Shown here one piece after another: positions 25,927-40,058 of a DNA stretch of 64,000 nt (within the stretch, counting starts at the first letter, position 1; each line of letters starts with the position of its first letter). This stretch comes from Octopus sinensis (lineage: Eukaryota), in NCBI RefSeq assembly GCF_006345805.1, contig NC_043025.1:14508001-14572000 (forward strand), in the 5' to 3' direction. Below the pieces are notes generated by a model. That model was given only the letters and a program-made list of their open reading frames with translations. It was not told where the DNA came from and made no database searches. A program made the position numbers and the translations under genes.

Positions 25927-26010
25927 GCAGCTGAGGATTGTTCTGCATTTAAATTGATGTAATGATTGCATTGTTCAATTAAATGGGGTTGCATGAAACG
26001 ATTGTACTGC
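25927..26010 (+). ncRNA. Type-I hammerhead ribozyme motif with long stem II
   Basis: GCAG CTGAGGA [57-nt imperfect hairpin, CATTTAAATTGA/TCAATTAAATG] GAAAC-GATT-GTA CTGC. The base of stem II is imperfect. Confidence 0.65.
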
Positions 26011-26604
26011 CTTACCTCTGGATGCTCTGTTGCTTATTTTGATTTTAATCACCTTATTTTGAAATTGCATAGATAATACCGTACTTAAATTCTGGTGCCT
26101 CAACTTAGGTGCCTAATTCATCTGAATCTATATATAAATACAGCACGGATTTTTGTCAGTGAACAGGTCGCGGATATTAGCAATGAAAATATTTTGACAA
26201 ATTAAACTTAAATGTTGAAGTGAATCGAATGGCTTTTGTGTGTTTCTTAAATGGCTTATAAACACCTTCCACACTGCAATTGTTTTCGTTCCAGCACACG
26301 ATCTCAGATCAAATCACTTGCTATGTGAGTACATCTCCGTAATATATATAAATAAATATAGGAAATCCAAAAAAGAACTAATACAAAAAAACAACAACAA
26401 CGCGTGGATGCAGTACATGTAAAGTATTAGCAAACATCTATGACAGGCTTCTTTCAGTTTCCATGTACCAAATCCACTCACAGGGCCTTAGTTGGCCTGA
26501 AGCTAAGACACTTGCCCAAGGTGCCACACTGTGGGACTGAACCTGGAACCATGCGGTTGGTGAGCAAGCTACTTACCACACAGCCACTCCTGCACCCATA
26601 TACA

Positions 26605-26635
<31 letters not shown>

Positions 26636-27860
26636 ACACACAGGCACACACATACCCACAGAGTTGTATATACACCCTCCTTCATACAAATAAACAAAAC
26701 GGTGGCAGATTGGAAGTGGTGTTGCTGGTAGGGGGGTAGGTTAGTCAGGGTGTTGTGTAGTGAGGGGGCTGGTGGGGGTGTTTAGAAGTACGGGGGGGGG
26801 CTCTCCTTCCTTCCTTGTTCCTACTCTCCAACCCTACCTCCTGTTTCCCCCCAGACTCCACTCAGAATTCATTAATTTCATTCCAAAGCCACCACCATCT
26901 TCATCACAACCATGACCACCGCCACATCACTGTCATCATCATCACCATCACCACCACCAGTCACCACAGCCATGACCACCACCACTGGCATCATCATTAT
27001 CACCACCGCCACTACACCACCGCTGTCATCATCACCATCATCATTTCCACCACACTACTGTCATCATCATCATCATCATCATCACTGCCGGCACCACCAC
27101 CCGGCACCAACACTATTAACCACCACCACCTCGTTGGCATCCCCTTCCCTCCCCTCTAGGTCGTTAATTTTACTCACTCACGCCCTCCCCCCAGTGTTCT
27201 GCCATTTCCACACTTGTCAATCTCGAACTCCCCCCTCCCGTCTTTCTCTCCCCTCCCCACGGTGGGTGTGGTGGTGGTGCCTACCCCCTCCTGTCTGCCC
27301 ACCCTCCCCTATCTTCCCTTACCAGTCAGTGTGATGTCCAAGACAGGGAAGGAGAAAAAGATGATGAAACCAGAGGACCAGAAAGGAGGAACCAGGTTTA
27401 CTCCCTGCAATATGGCACTGATCCAGTCCCTGGGTGGATGGGCGTCGGAGCGGGAGAGGGAGGAGGCCGGATGGAAGTGGTGGTAGTGGTGGGGATAGGG
27501 GGAGGTTTGAAACACAATTAGATGAATTAAATATTAGGAGTATTATGAGGGTCTCTATCTTCTATGGAAGGAGTCGAAGGAGTCCTTATATGTATGTGTA
27601 TGTTTCTGTGTGTGTGTTATTTATTGGAGACCCCTAAAAATGTGGACATGGGCTCACACGGCCTCCACAAAACAAAATTAGATAAACACATAAATGTTGG
27701 AAATGAGGGTTCACATTTTAGTGGGGTTCAAATGAAGAACGTGTATAATTTATAAGGATGTATGTGTGTGTATGTACATATGTATATGAATGTGTACACG
27801 TGTGTGTGTATATATATATGTGAATGTTTGTGTGCATATATGTATGTGTATGTTTGTATA

Positions 27861-28372
27861 CTGTAAATCCTCGAGTATAATCCGCATTTTTTCCCCAAAA
27901 TTTAAAGGTCAAAATCCCTAATACGTACTATATACGAGGTTAGAAATGAAAAATGTTTTCTAAGCTATGTCCGAGTCTCTATTTGCTGTCTGGCAATGTT
28001 TATTCAGACACATTTTGTGATATCAGGCGCGAATTCCCTTAAGCTAAGCCTGAAAGCAATGAAGTCATAAAAGAATCATCCATAACTTGCAATAAGCAAC
28101 ATTTATTAAAAGTTATTACTGTTATTTCTTGATTTTCTGCAAACAAAATGCACAAAAAAAGCTACACGTTTGCGTTATGTTATATATACAATAATAATAA
28201 AGGACATTACCATATACATTTTTACAAACCAAGGACGTTATATAGACCTCCTTGACTCAAGTTAGAGAAGGGGTGCGTATTATACACGAGGTTTAGGTTT
28301 TTCAGAGGTACAGCCCCTTAAAAATCTCCTGCATATTATACTCAAGGGCGGACTATACTCGAAGATTTACGG
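27861..28372. mobile_element. Tc1/pogo-superfamily MITE
   Basis: TIRs CTGTAAATCCTCGAGTATAATCCGC and GCGGACTATACTCGAAGATTTACGG (22/25 match), TA on both flanks, no coding capacity. Confidence 0.88.
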
Positions 28373-28532
28373 TATATATATGTGTGTGTGTACATATATA
28401 TATGTATGTGTGTATGTATGTCTATTTATGTACATTTGTGTATACACATCACCCACAGCAATATCTATATTTATGTGTATGTATATATGTACATATATGT
28501 TATGTGTATATATATATATATATATATGTTTA

Positions 28533-28570
<38 letters not shown>

Positions 28571-28576
<6 letters not shown>

Positions 28577-29630
28577 TGTATATATGTATATTTGTGTGTA
28601 TATGTATGTATATGTGTATATATTTGTGAATATGTATATTTGTGTGTAAATGTGTATATATATGTGACTATGTATATTTGTGTGTGTATATCTATATATA
28701 TATGTGTATATGTATATATATGTAATATTTTGGACTAATGGGTATATATCAATTAGTTTAAGTGTTGAGTAAAACACTGACTGGAGGCGCAATGGCCCAG
28801 TGGTTAGGGCAGCGGTCTCGCGGTCGGAGGATCACAGTTTCGATTCCCAGACTGGGCGTTGTGTGTGTTTATTGAGCAAAAACACCTAAAGCTCCACGAG
28901 ACTCTGGCAGGGGGTGGTGGCGACCCCTGTTGTACTCTTTCGCCCCAACTTTCTCTCACTCTCTCTTCCTGTTTCTTGAGTAACGCTGCAATGGCCTGGT
29001 GTCCCATCCAGCTGGGGGGAACACATATGCCACAGAAACTGAAAGAAGCCCGTCATATATGTGTATATATATATATATATATTATATATATATATATATA
29101 TAAATATGTATATATGTATATTTGTGTGTATATGTATGTATATGTGTATATATTGTGAATATGTATATTTGTGTGTAAATGTGTATATATATGTGACTAT
29201 GTATATTTGTGGTGTGTATATCTATATATATATGTGTATATGTATATATATGTAATATTTTGGACTAATGGGTATATATCAATTAGTTTAAGTGTTGAGT
29301 AAAACACTGACTGGAGGCGCAATGGCCCAGTGGTTAGGGCAGCGGTCTCGCGGTCGGAGGATCACAGTTTCGATTCCCAGACTGGGCGTTGTGTGTGTTT
29401 ATTGAGCAAAAACACCTAAAGCTCCACGAGACTCTGGCAGGGGGTGGTGGCGACCCCTGTTGTACTCTTTCGCCCCAACTTTCTCTCACTCTCTCTTCCT
29501 GTTTCTTGAGTAACGCTGCAATGGCCTGGTGTCCCATCCAGCTGGGGGGAACACATATGCCACAGAAACTGAAAGAAGCCCGTCATATATGTGTATATAT
29601 ATATATAATATATATATAATATATATATGT
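28571..29630 (+). repeat. 530-bp near-identical tandem duplication containing a second tRNA-derived SINE
   Basis: 28571-29100 is repeated from 29101. Each copy has the head GGAGGCGCAATGGCCCAGTGGTTAGGGCAGCGG..GTTTCGATTCCC (28782, 29312), and ORFs 28804-29007 and 29334-29537 are identical. Confidence 0.93.
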
Positions 29631-30884
29631 GTGTGTGTGTGTCTGCATTTGCCTCCCCCCCCAACATTGCTTGACAACCGATGCTGGTCCCTGTAACTTA
29701 GCAGTTCGGCAAAAGAGACTGATAGAATAAGTACTAGGCTTACAAAGAGTAAGTCCTGGGGTCGATTTGCTCCAGCATGGCCACAGTCAAATGACTGAAA
29801 CATATAAAAGAGTAAAGAGAGTAAGAGTAATCCTGAAACTAGTAAAGAGTGAGAAGAAGGCATCTTTTCTGATGCTTTAAAAATTCCACTGGAGAAATAA
29901 AAATTTAAGAAAAAAAAACAAAAAAAACTGAATCAGTCTAAAAAAAATGAGGGAGGAAGACCTTTTTCTTTCTGTTTCTATTTTCATATCAAAACATAAA
30001 GTTCCTGGATGGAGTTCTTTAAGTTTTTTTTCTTTTTTGCTCCTTATCAGTCAATATCCCGAATATTAGGAAATAAATTTTATTTGTTTAGTTTCCCCCT
30101 CATTTATAAAGAGTTCAGATTTTTCTTTTAGTATTGTATTGACCACAATAACTAATGAAATAGACTTCATCTGTCTTGCTCACCTTACATCCTTTCCATA
30201 CCAAGGAGAAAAGTCCATTTGTTTTTTGTTTTATTTTATTTTAAAACCAGCTTTATCTGCCCTCTTTCTTGCTCTGTCTTTATATATATATATATATAAT
30301 AGAAATATGTTCAAAGCAATGATTAGTAATTTACAAAACCGGTATGCTTTTAAATCTCTTTAACAATTCACAATAATGACTTTTATTACTTTTATTCCTA
30401 CCTAAGTTCATCTAATTGTGTATTTCGTTACTTTTCATAAAAAGCCTTTACTTTTTTTGATTTACAATATGCATTTTCGTTTATTTTTCTTACTTTCCCC
30501 CATATATATATATATATAATTAAATAATAATGAGCACTGTCTTTAGTCGAGCAAATCGACCCCAGGACTTATTCTTTGTAAGCCTAGTACTTATTCTATC
30601 AGTCTCTTTAGCCGAACTGCTAAGTCACGGGGACATAAATACACCAGCATCAGTTGTCAAACGATGTTGGGGGAACAAACATATACACACACACATACAT
30701 ACACATATATATATATATATATACGACGGGCTTCTTTCAGTTTCCATCTACCAAATCCACTCAGAAGGCTTTGGTTGGCCCGAGGCTATAGCAGAAGACA
30801 CTTGCCCTAGTTGTCATGCAGTGGGACTGAACCCGGAACCATGTGGTTGGTAAGCAAGCTACTTACCACACAGCCATACCCGCA

Positions 30885-30924
<40 letters not shown>

Positions 30925-32068
30925 CACACACACACACACATATAAAGGCTGAAAATTCACAGATATCCTCCTCTCCCTCCTTCCCACAAAGAGGAGTTGC
31001 CGTACTTTAGTACTTTAATAATCGTGATTGCTTGTTATGTTTGTGATGGTTTTAAATTTATCCTCCAGCCACGTGTATTGTGTGGCTGTGTGTGTGCGTG
31101 TGGGTCCTGTCCCTCCCTTGTTGAATCGGGGGGGGGGGCGTTTGGGCTTCCTGCATGATTGGTATGTGGGATCTGTCTTGTGGGGGGGTGATGGGGAGTG
31201 CCGGTGGTGGTGGCAGCAGCAGTGGCAACGGTGATAGCAGTATTGTTGCTGGTGGTGGTGGTTGTGGTGTGGTGCGGAAAGTTTGTTTGATTGCTCTGGG
31301 TTTCATAGCTGTGTCTCTGTGCGCTGTGGTGTAGGGTGGATTGGCATGGGGTGGGTCATGTGTAGAAGGGTGGTGGTGGTGGTGGTGGTGGTGGGTCAGT
31401 AGTTGATTCGATAATATTGGATTTGTTTCCTAATGTTAATAATCTTCAACTCCAGAGTTAGAGTGTCTGCCTTTGAATGTGTGTGTGTGTATATATATAT
31501 ATACACACATACACACACACACACACACACACATAGTTTTTACATGAAGATATATACACACAAATGTATATACACTCACACATGTATACACACATACGCA
31601 CAGACGTGTATGTGTGTGTATATATACATGTGTTTGTGTATATATACACACATATGTATGCATGTGTATACACTCACACAGATATGTATACACATATATA
31701 TAAAAATTAGAAAAAAAACACATTTTATCAATTCAATAATGAAAAATTGAATTACACCATTTAGAAAAATTACTAATATATATTATTTTATATATATATA
31801 TAGTCACACATATACACAAACACGCATGCATATACATGTACATACACACACATGCACACACATATACATCCTCTCTTTTACTCTTTTACTTGTCTAAGTC
31901 ATTTGACTGCGGCCATTCTGGAGCACTGCCTTTAGTCGAGCAAATCGACCCAAGGACTTATTCTTTGTAAGCCCAGTACTTATTCTATCGGTCTCTTTTG
32001 CCAAACCACTAAGTGACGGGGATGTAAACACACCAGCATCGGTTGTCAAGCAATGCTAGGAGGCACAA

Positions 32069-32101
<33 letters not shown>

Positions 32102-33049
32102 ACACACACACATATATATATATACACATATATACAACAGGCTTCTTTCAGTTTCCGTCCACCAAATCCACTCACAAGGCATTGGTCGGCCAGGGGCTAG
32201 AGTAGAAGACACTTGCCCAAGGTGCCACGAATCCTATGAATTCCTGTTTGAGGAAGTGGACCCCTGAGTTGTATAAACTCCAGATTAATGGGGGAAGGGG
32301 GTCGACTGGATCAGGCTACATACACTGTGTGTGTGTGTGTGTAGCACTTCCTTGTTCTCAATGTATACTTGTTATCACCAGCAGATTTTTATCTCTCCGT
32401 AGACACTGACACACACACACACACAATCATACACATAGGTAGAGAGATGGATTTATATAGATGTGTGTGTGTGTGTGTGTGTAAATAGAATCATTTGCTC
32501 AATCCAACGCGCACACACACACACACAGATGGATATTTATGTGTTTGTGGGTGATACATATGCTCATTCACACACACACACAACACACACACAATTACAT
32601 ATAGATAGATAGATGGATAGATATATGTGTGTGTGTGTGTGTTTAGATAGATACATGTGCTCATTCACACATACATATTCACTCAAACACTATCACACAC
32701 GCAAATCCACACACACACACACATATATACGCATACACGTAGGGAAACTCTTGGTCTTAGAGTCACTTTTGTGGGTCACTGATTAAAAAGAATTTAAAAA
32801 TACACACACACACACACGTATACTTTCTCTGACTGTCACTCATGCAAACCCGCACGCACCAAAAGGGATCATGGATGGTGCCCCTATTGTTCCCCCAAAT
32901 AACGCTGTAAAGCTAGCTGGTTACATTGTCCCCTATTTCCCTGTGTTAAAGGGGTTCACGCCTCACACTCCCCCCCGCCACCTAATCGGTCCTTCCTCTG
33001 TTGTCGCTATGGTCGCTTTCTTTATTCTTATTATTATTAATATATCGTG

Positions 33050-33256
33050 GCAAGCTGGTAGACTCATTAGCACACCAGACAAAGTGCTTAGCAGTATTTC
33101 GTCTGCCGCTACGTTCTGAGTTCAAATTCTGCTGAGGTCGACTTTGCCTTTCATCCTTTCGGGGTCGATAAATTAAGTACCAGTAAAACACTGGTGCAGA
33201 TGTAATGACTAGTTCCCTCCTCCAAAATTTCAAGGCCTTGTGCCTTCAGTAGAAAG

Positions 33257-33304
<48 letters not shown>

Positions 33305-33746
33305 TATTATTGTCATCATGGTGAGCTGGCAGAATTGTTAGCATGCCAAGCATAATACTTAGTGACATTTTGTCTGCTAGTACGTTCTGAGTTCAAATTC
33401 TACTCAGGTCGACTTTGCCTTTCATCCTTTCGGGGTAAGTTAAATAAGTACCAGTTATGCACTGGGGTCGATGTAATCAACTTAATCCCTTTCTCTAAGC
33501 TGACCTTGTGGGAAAAATTTGAAATCATGATTATTGTTATTATTACTCTTTTACTTGTTTCAGTCACTTGACTGCAGCCATGCGGGAGCACCGCCTTTAG
33601 TCGAGCAAATCGACCCCAGAACTTGTTCTTTGTAAGCCGAGTACTTATTCTATTGGTATCTTTTGCTGAACTGCTTAGTTACAAGGACACAAACACACCA
33701 GCATCGGTTGTCAAGCGATGTTGGGGGGACAAACACAGACACACAA

Positions 33747-33797
<51 letters not shown>

Positions 33798-34787
33798 TAT
33801 ATATACGACGGACCTCTTTCAGTTTCCGCCTACCAAATCCACTCACAAGGCTTTTGTTGGCCTGAGGCTACTGTAGAAGACACTTGCCCAAGGTGCCATG
33901 CAGTGGGACTGAACCCGGAACCATGTGGCTGGTAAGCAAGCTACTTACCACTCAACCACTCCTGTGCCTATATTATTATTATTATTATTAAAGCGGCAAG
34001 TTGGCAGAAACATTAGCATGCTGGACGAAATGCTTACTGTTATTTTGCCCGTCACTACGTTGTGAGTTCAAATTCTGCCAAGGTCAACTTTCCCTTTCAT
34101 CCTTTCAGGGTCAATAAATTAAGTACCAGTGAAACACTGGTGTCAATGTAATCGATTAGTCCTGCTCCCCTAAATTTCAAGCTTTGTGCCAACAGTAGAA
34201 AGGATTATCTTCATTATTATCAATTAAGGCAATAAGCTGGCAGAATCGTTAGCTCACCGGACGAAATGCTCAGTGGCATTTCATCCGTCTGAGTTCAAAT
34301 TCCACTGAGGTTGACTTTGCCTTTCATCCTTTCAGGGTCGATAAATTAAGTACCAGTTATGCACTGGGGTCGATGTAATTGACTTAATCCCTTTGTCCCC
34401 TCTATGTCTAGCCCCTTGTGGGCAATAAAGAAATAAGAATCGTTAGCATGTCAGGCGATATGCTTAACAGTATTTTGCTTTTCATTCTTTCGGGATCAAT
34501 TAAATAAATACCAGTTACGCACTGGAGTCAATGTAATCAGCTTAATCCCTTCCCCCAAATTTGAGGCCTTGTGCTTCCAGTAGAAAGGATTATTATTATT
34601 ATTAAAGTAACGAACTGGCAGAGTTGTTAGCGCAGTGGGTGAAATAATTAGCAGTATTTCATCCATAGCTACGTTCTGAGTTCAAATCCCGCTGAAGTCG
34701 ACTTTGCTTTTCATCCATTTTGGGGTCGATAAATTAAGTACCAGTTACGCACTGAGGTCGATGTGCCTTTAATAGGAAGTATTATTA

Positions 34788-34819
<32 letters not shown>

Positions 34820-34820
34820 T
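33050..34820 (+). mobile_element. Head-to-tail cluster of about 6 Nin/Deu-domain-like SINE copies with (ATT/ATC)n tails
   Basis: Repeated GAGCTGGCAGAA..GTTCTGAGTTCAAATTC..GCCTTTCATCCTTTCGGGGTCGATAAATTAAGTACCAG starting near 33050, 33320, 33990, 34228, 34436 and 34605. Minus-strand copies lie at about 42245-42460 and 61000-61215. Confidence 0.85.
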
Positions 34821-35461
34821 GTTGTTGGTTTTGTAGTTGCCTTTGCCCCCACCCCTCTTCTCCACCTCCTGTCCCTTAATTATACAGATTAAAGAGGATC
34901 TATTCTGTGTGTGTGTGTGTGTGTGACCCATTGTCATCCACCCCTTTCCTACCCTTACATTCAGCCAGCCATGTTGCATTGTCAGTCAGTCAGTTAAGCC
35001 AAGATGTTATAAGGGTGCCTTTTGTGGGAGGTGGCGATGTTGATGCTGGCAGCCGCAGAGGCAATCTGTGTGGGTGGTGGCGGCGGTGGGTGGTGGTGGT
35101 CGTGGTCGTGGTGGTGGTGGAGGTTTATGGCATTTTGGTGGGGGTACAATGTGGGTGTGTTATTGTCTTTTGTCTTTTTATCTTTTACTTGTTTCAGTCA
35201 TTTTGACTGAGGCCATGCTGGAGCACCACCTTTAGTGGAAATAATCGATCCCAGGACTTAATCTTTGTAAGCCTAGTACTTGTTCTATCGGGTCTCTTTT
35301 TGCCAAACCGCTAAGTTATGGTCATGTAAACACACACACATTGGTTGTCAAGTGATAGTGGAGTGGGGGGGGGGACAAACACAGACACACTCACACATAC
35401 ATACATATATATATACATATACATACGTTCATACATACATAAAGACACACACACACACATA

Positions 35462-35524
<63 letters not shown>

Positions 35525-36096
35525 CATACAGGTATTACATATATATAAGAATGATGACCACTAAGTGAACATCCATTATGCTAGATGTAGACCCCCTATG
35601 GTCTGACCACTAAGAAAAGATTGTTCTCAAGAAAATTCAGCAAATGCCAGAACGTAAGCGAGTAAGACAAATGAAAAGATACAAAATATTGAAAATTAGT
35701 CACAAACCCAGTTTCATTGCGGACATTTACGTAAATATTACATAAGTGGAGCACCACCTTTAGTCAAGTAAATCGACCCCAGGACTTATTCTTTGTAAGC
35801 CTAGTACTTATTCTATCGGTCTCTTTTGCCAAACCGCTAAGTTACGGGGACATAAACACACCAGCATCGGTTGTCAAGCAATACTAGGGGGACAAACACA
35901 CACATACATATATATATATACATATATACAACAGGCTTCTTTCAGTTTCCATCTACCAAATCCACTCAGAAGGCTTTGGTCGGCCTGAGGCTATAGTAGA
36001 AGACACTTGCCCAAGGTGCCACGCAGTGGGACTGAACCCGGAACCATGTGGTGGTAAGCAAGCTACTTACCACACAGCCACTCCTACGCCTATATA

Positions 36097-36151
<55 letters not shown>

Positions 36152-36534
36152 ACTGTAAGGTAATTAGTTAAACTGGGGTTTATACACACACTCACATGTA
36201 TTAGAAGTAAGACAGTAATGTGACATATGGTGTATGGCCATGAAACCACAGATATACAGATGGACATACATGCGTGGATGGATTAGAAGTGGAAGAAGAA
36301 AGAGAAAGGGAGCAGTTATGTGAGGGGGCTATGACCCCCCCCCCCTTGCCCTTCTACGTATACAGAGCCATGTGGGGATAGATTACTAGGAGAGAGAAAT
36401 AGATGTCTGTCTGTCTGTCTAGATAGATTGATATTCATCATCATTATCACTGTCAGCCATCATCATCACCACCACTGTCATCATCCGTTATCAACATCAC
36501 TACCATCACCGCTGCCACTGCCATCATCGTCATC

Positions 36535-36566
<32 letters not shown>

Positions 36567-36763
36567 TGATTATCATCACAACCATTGCCTTCATTACTGC
36601 AACCACCACCACCATCACCTATAGACATGCTCTCTCTCTCTCTCTACCTTTGCCCTGACCCCACTATACATCCAAGCCAACCATCCTATCTGTTTTATGT
36701 TCAGACCACCCAGATCTGACCTCTCACGTCTATCCTGCAATGTCATTCCAAAGATTAGGCTCC

Positions 36764-37260
36764 ATGGCTAGAGCATCAGGCTCACATTTATGAGGTAGTG
36801 GGTTCAATTCTTGGACAGGGCTGTGTGTTGTGTTCTTGAGCAAGACACTTTATTTCACATTACTCCAGTTAACTCAGCTGTAAAAATGAGTTGCGACTTT
36901 ACTGGTGCCAAGCTGTATTGGCCCCTTTGCCTTTCCTTTGGATAACATCAGTGGCATGGAGAGAGGAGGCTGGTATGCATGGCTGACTGCTGGTCTTCCC
37001 TAATAACAACCTTGCCTGGACTTGTGCGTCAGAGGGGAACTTTCTAGGTACAATTCCATGGTCATTGATGACTGAAAGGGGTCTTTACCCTTTACCCTGT
37101 GTACATATAATGGTGTGGGGAGGGGAGGCTGGTATGCATGGGCGACTGCTGGTCTTCCCTCATAACAACCTTGCCTGGACTTGTGGGGCCTCGGAGGGGA
37201 ACTGTCTGGGTGCAATCCCATGGTCATTCATGAATGAAAGGGGTCTTTGTCCTTTACTCT
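36764..37260 (+). mobile_element. tRNA-derived CORE-like SINE with tandemly duplicated 3' segment
   Basis: B-box GGTTCAATTC, then TTGAGCAAGACACTTTATTTCAC..CAGCTGTAAAAATGAGT. The segment GGAGGCTGGTATGCATGG..GAAAGGGGTCTTT is present twice. Relatives lie at about 40462-40790 and 55830-56400. Confidence 0.7.
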
Positions 37261-37746
37261 TTAGGCACATACATTATATGTGTGTATGTGTGTACATAAA
37301 CACACACATCTATATGTATGTGTGTATGTATATATATATATATGTGTGTGTGTGTGTGCATGTGTATGTATGTAGCCACAGGACAGCGAGAGCAGTGCTG
37401 TGACATATGGTGTGTGTCTCATAGATAACAGCTGGACATGGGCCATGTGTGGTTGACATAACAGATTAAAAGTAGTAATAGCGGTGACAGTGGTGGAGGT
37501 GGTGTTGTTTTGGGGACTTTGGAAGGAGCATGAAGAACATGCTATTCTGTATGTGTGTGTGGGTATGTGATCTAGATTATATATAAATATATGTAGGCAT
37601 AGGGGTGGCGGTGTAGTAAGAAGCTTGCTCCCCAACCATATGGTTCCAGGTTCAGTTCCACTGCGTGGCATCTTAGGCAAGTGTCTTCTACTACAGGCCT
37701 TATGAGTGGATTTGGTAGACAGAAACTGAAAGAAGCCTGTCATCTA

Positions 37747-37792
<46 letters not shown>

Positions 37793-38231
37793 GTGCAGGA
37801 GTGGGTGTGTGTTAAGAAGCCTGCTTCTCAACTACATGGTTCCGGGTTCAGTCCCACTGTGACACCTAGGGCAAGTGCCTTAAACCATAACCTCGAGCCT
37901 ACCAAATCCATTGTGAATGGATTTGGTAGCCTTTGTGTCTTTTTTTTGTCCCCCTCAAATCACTGCTTGACAACTGGTGTTGGTGTGTTTATGGGGTGTG
38001 GAGACAAACACAGGCACAAAGACACAAACATAGGCACACACACACACAAACACACACATATATATATGATGGTCTTCTTTCAGTTTCCGTCTACCAAATC
38101 CACTCACAAGGCTTTGATCAGCCCAAGGCTATAGTAGAAGACACTTGCCCAAGGTACCATGCAGTGGGACTGAACTCAGAACCATGTGGTTGGGAAGCAA
38201 GCTACTTACCACACAACCACTCATATACATT

Positions 38232-38392
38232 CTGTATTTTAACGTGTATAAGGAACCCTTTTTTGTCAAAAATTAGATTAAAAAAATATGTGAGTTTCTT
38301 ATACATGGATAGTATTATAATCCCTTACAAAACTTTTTTTCCAATTTTAATCCCCCCACCAAATTAGGTTTCTTATACATGTTAAAATACAG
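38232..38392. mobile_element. Small MITE (second copy at about 17295-17443)
   Basis: TIRs CTGTATTTTAACGTGTATAAG and CTTATACATGTTAAAATACAG. The internal sequence is shared with the 17.3-kb copy. Confidence 0.8.
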
Positions 38393-38461
38393 TATATACA
38401 TATATATAAAAAGGAATTCTGTACAATCTTCGTTCAACTCCATTTCTTCCATTCACTAATA

Positions 38462-38521
<60 letters not shown>

Positions 38522-38763
38522 TACATACACATACACATGTGTGTGGTAGCTGTGCCGGTGGCACGTCAAAAGCACCCATGACACTCTTGGAGTTGTTGGA
38601 GTTAGGAAGGGCATCCGGCTGTAAAACCCTGCCAAATCAGACTGGAGGCTGATGCAGCTCTTCAGTTTACTAGTTTTCAGTGAAACCGTCCAACCCATGC
38701 CAGCATGGAAAGCAGACGTTAAATGATGGTGATATATATTTTCTATATGTGTGGCTGCATATA

Positions 38764-38811
<48 letters not shown>

Positions 38812-39220
38812 ATAAGACTGGAGCCTGGTGCAGCCTTCTGGCTTCCCAGATCCCCGGTCGAACCGTCCAACCCATGCTAGCATGGAGAACGGACGTTAAA
38901 CGATGATGATGATAATATATATATATATATATAGGTGCAAGAGCGGCTTTGTGGTAAGTAGCTTGCTTGCCAACCACATGGTTCCGGGTTCAGTCCCACT
39001 GCGTGGCACCTTGATCAAGTGTCTTCTGCTATAGCCTCGGGCCGACCAAAGCCTTGTGAGTGGATTTGTTAGACGGAAACTGAAAGAAGCCCGTCGTATA
39101 TATGTATATATATATATGTGCGTGTGTGTGTTTGTCCCCCTAGCATTGCTTGACAACCGATGATGGTGTGTTTATGTCCCTGTTACTTAGCAGTTTGGCA
39201 AAAGAGACTGATAGAATAAG

Positions 39221-39268
<48 letters not shown>

Positions 39269-40058
39269 TATTTAGGTGTGTGTGAACATGTACATGTGTT
39301 TCTGTGTGTGTGTGTAAATACATCATATGTTTGTGTGTATGTACATATGAGTTAATATATATATGTGCCTGTGTGTGTATGCGTAAGTAGACATATACGT
39401 GTGTGCATGCCTCCTGATACGAGTAAGTATATATGTGTGTGTGAGAGCTTGGGAAAACATCTATAGTTTGCACGTGTGTGTGTGTGTATGTATAGATGAG
39501 TATATATATGTGTGTGTGTGTATGTATAGATGAGTATATATATGTGTGTGTGTGTATGTATGTATATGTGTGTGTATTTTTTGTAAGTATGTATATATGT
39601 GTGTGTGTGTTTGTGTCTGTGCTTAATAAAGTGTAAAAGCATCTGCTGTTGATTAACAAGTTGGTTCCTGGCTTGCCATCTTCAAATGATGGATGGATGC
39701 TATTAAAGTGGGGGGAAGTGGGGCAGTAGTGGGGGGGGGGGGGGGGCTGGTGATGTGGTTGTTGCTGCTGTGTAGCTCTAGACTAGACCTGGTTCAGCAA
39801 AAATAGATTAATGATCAAAAGTGTTCTAACCATGACCATTCCAACTTATATTTCCAGATAACATTATTGGTCATGTCCTTCGAATCCCTTTTTATTTTTC
39901 AAAAGTGCAATTAGTTATGATTGGAAAGAGGGTTTGACTGTTATTTCTTGCATACCTGTATGCTTTGTCATCACCTCAAATGAATATACTGAATATGTAT
40001 TCATACATACATATATTGGAATAGTTAGTATAAAGCCTTGTGTGGAATATATTATATA

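Noticed and set aside
28782-28860. tRNA-like sequence (also the heads of the other SINEs)
   Set aside because: A and B boxes are present but there is no complete cloverleaf; it runs into a SINE body.
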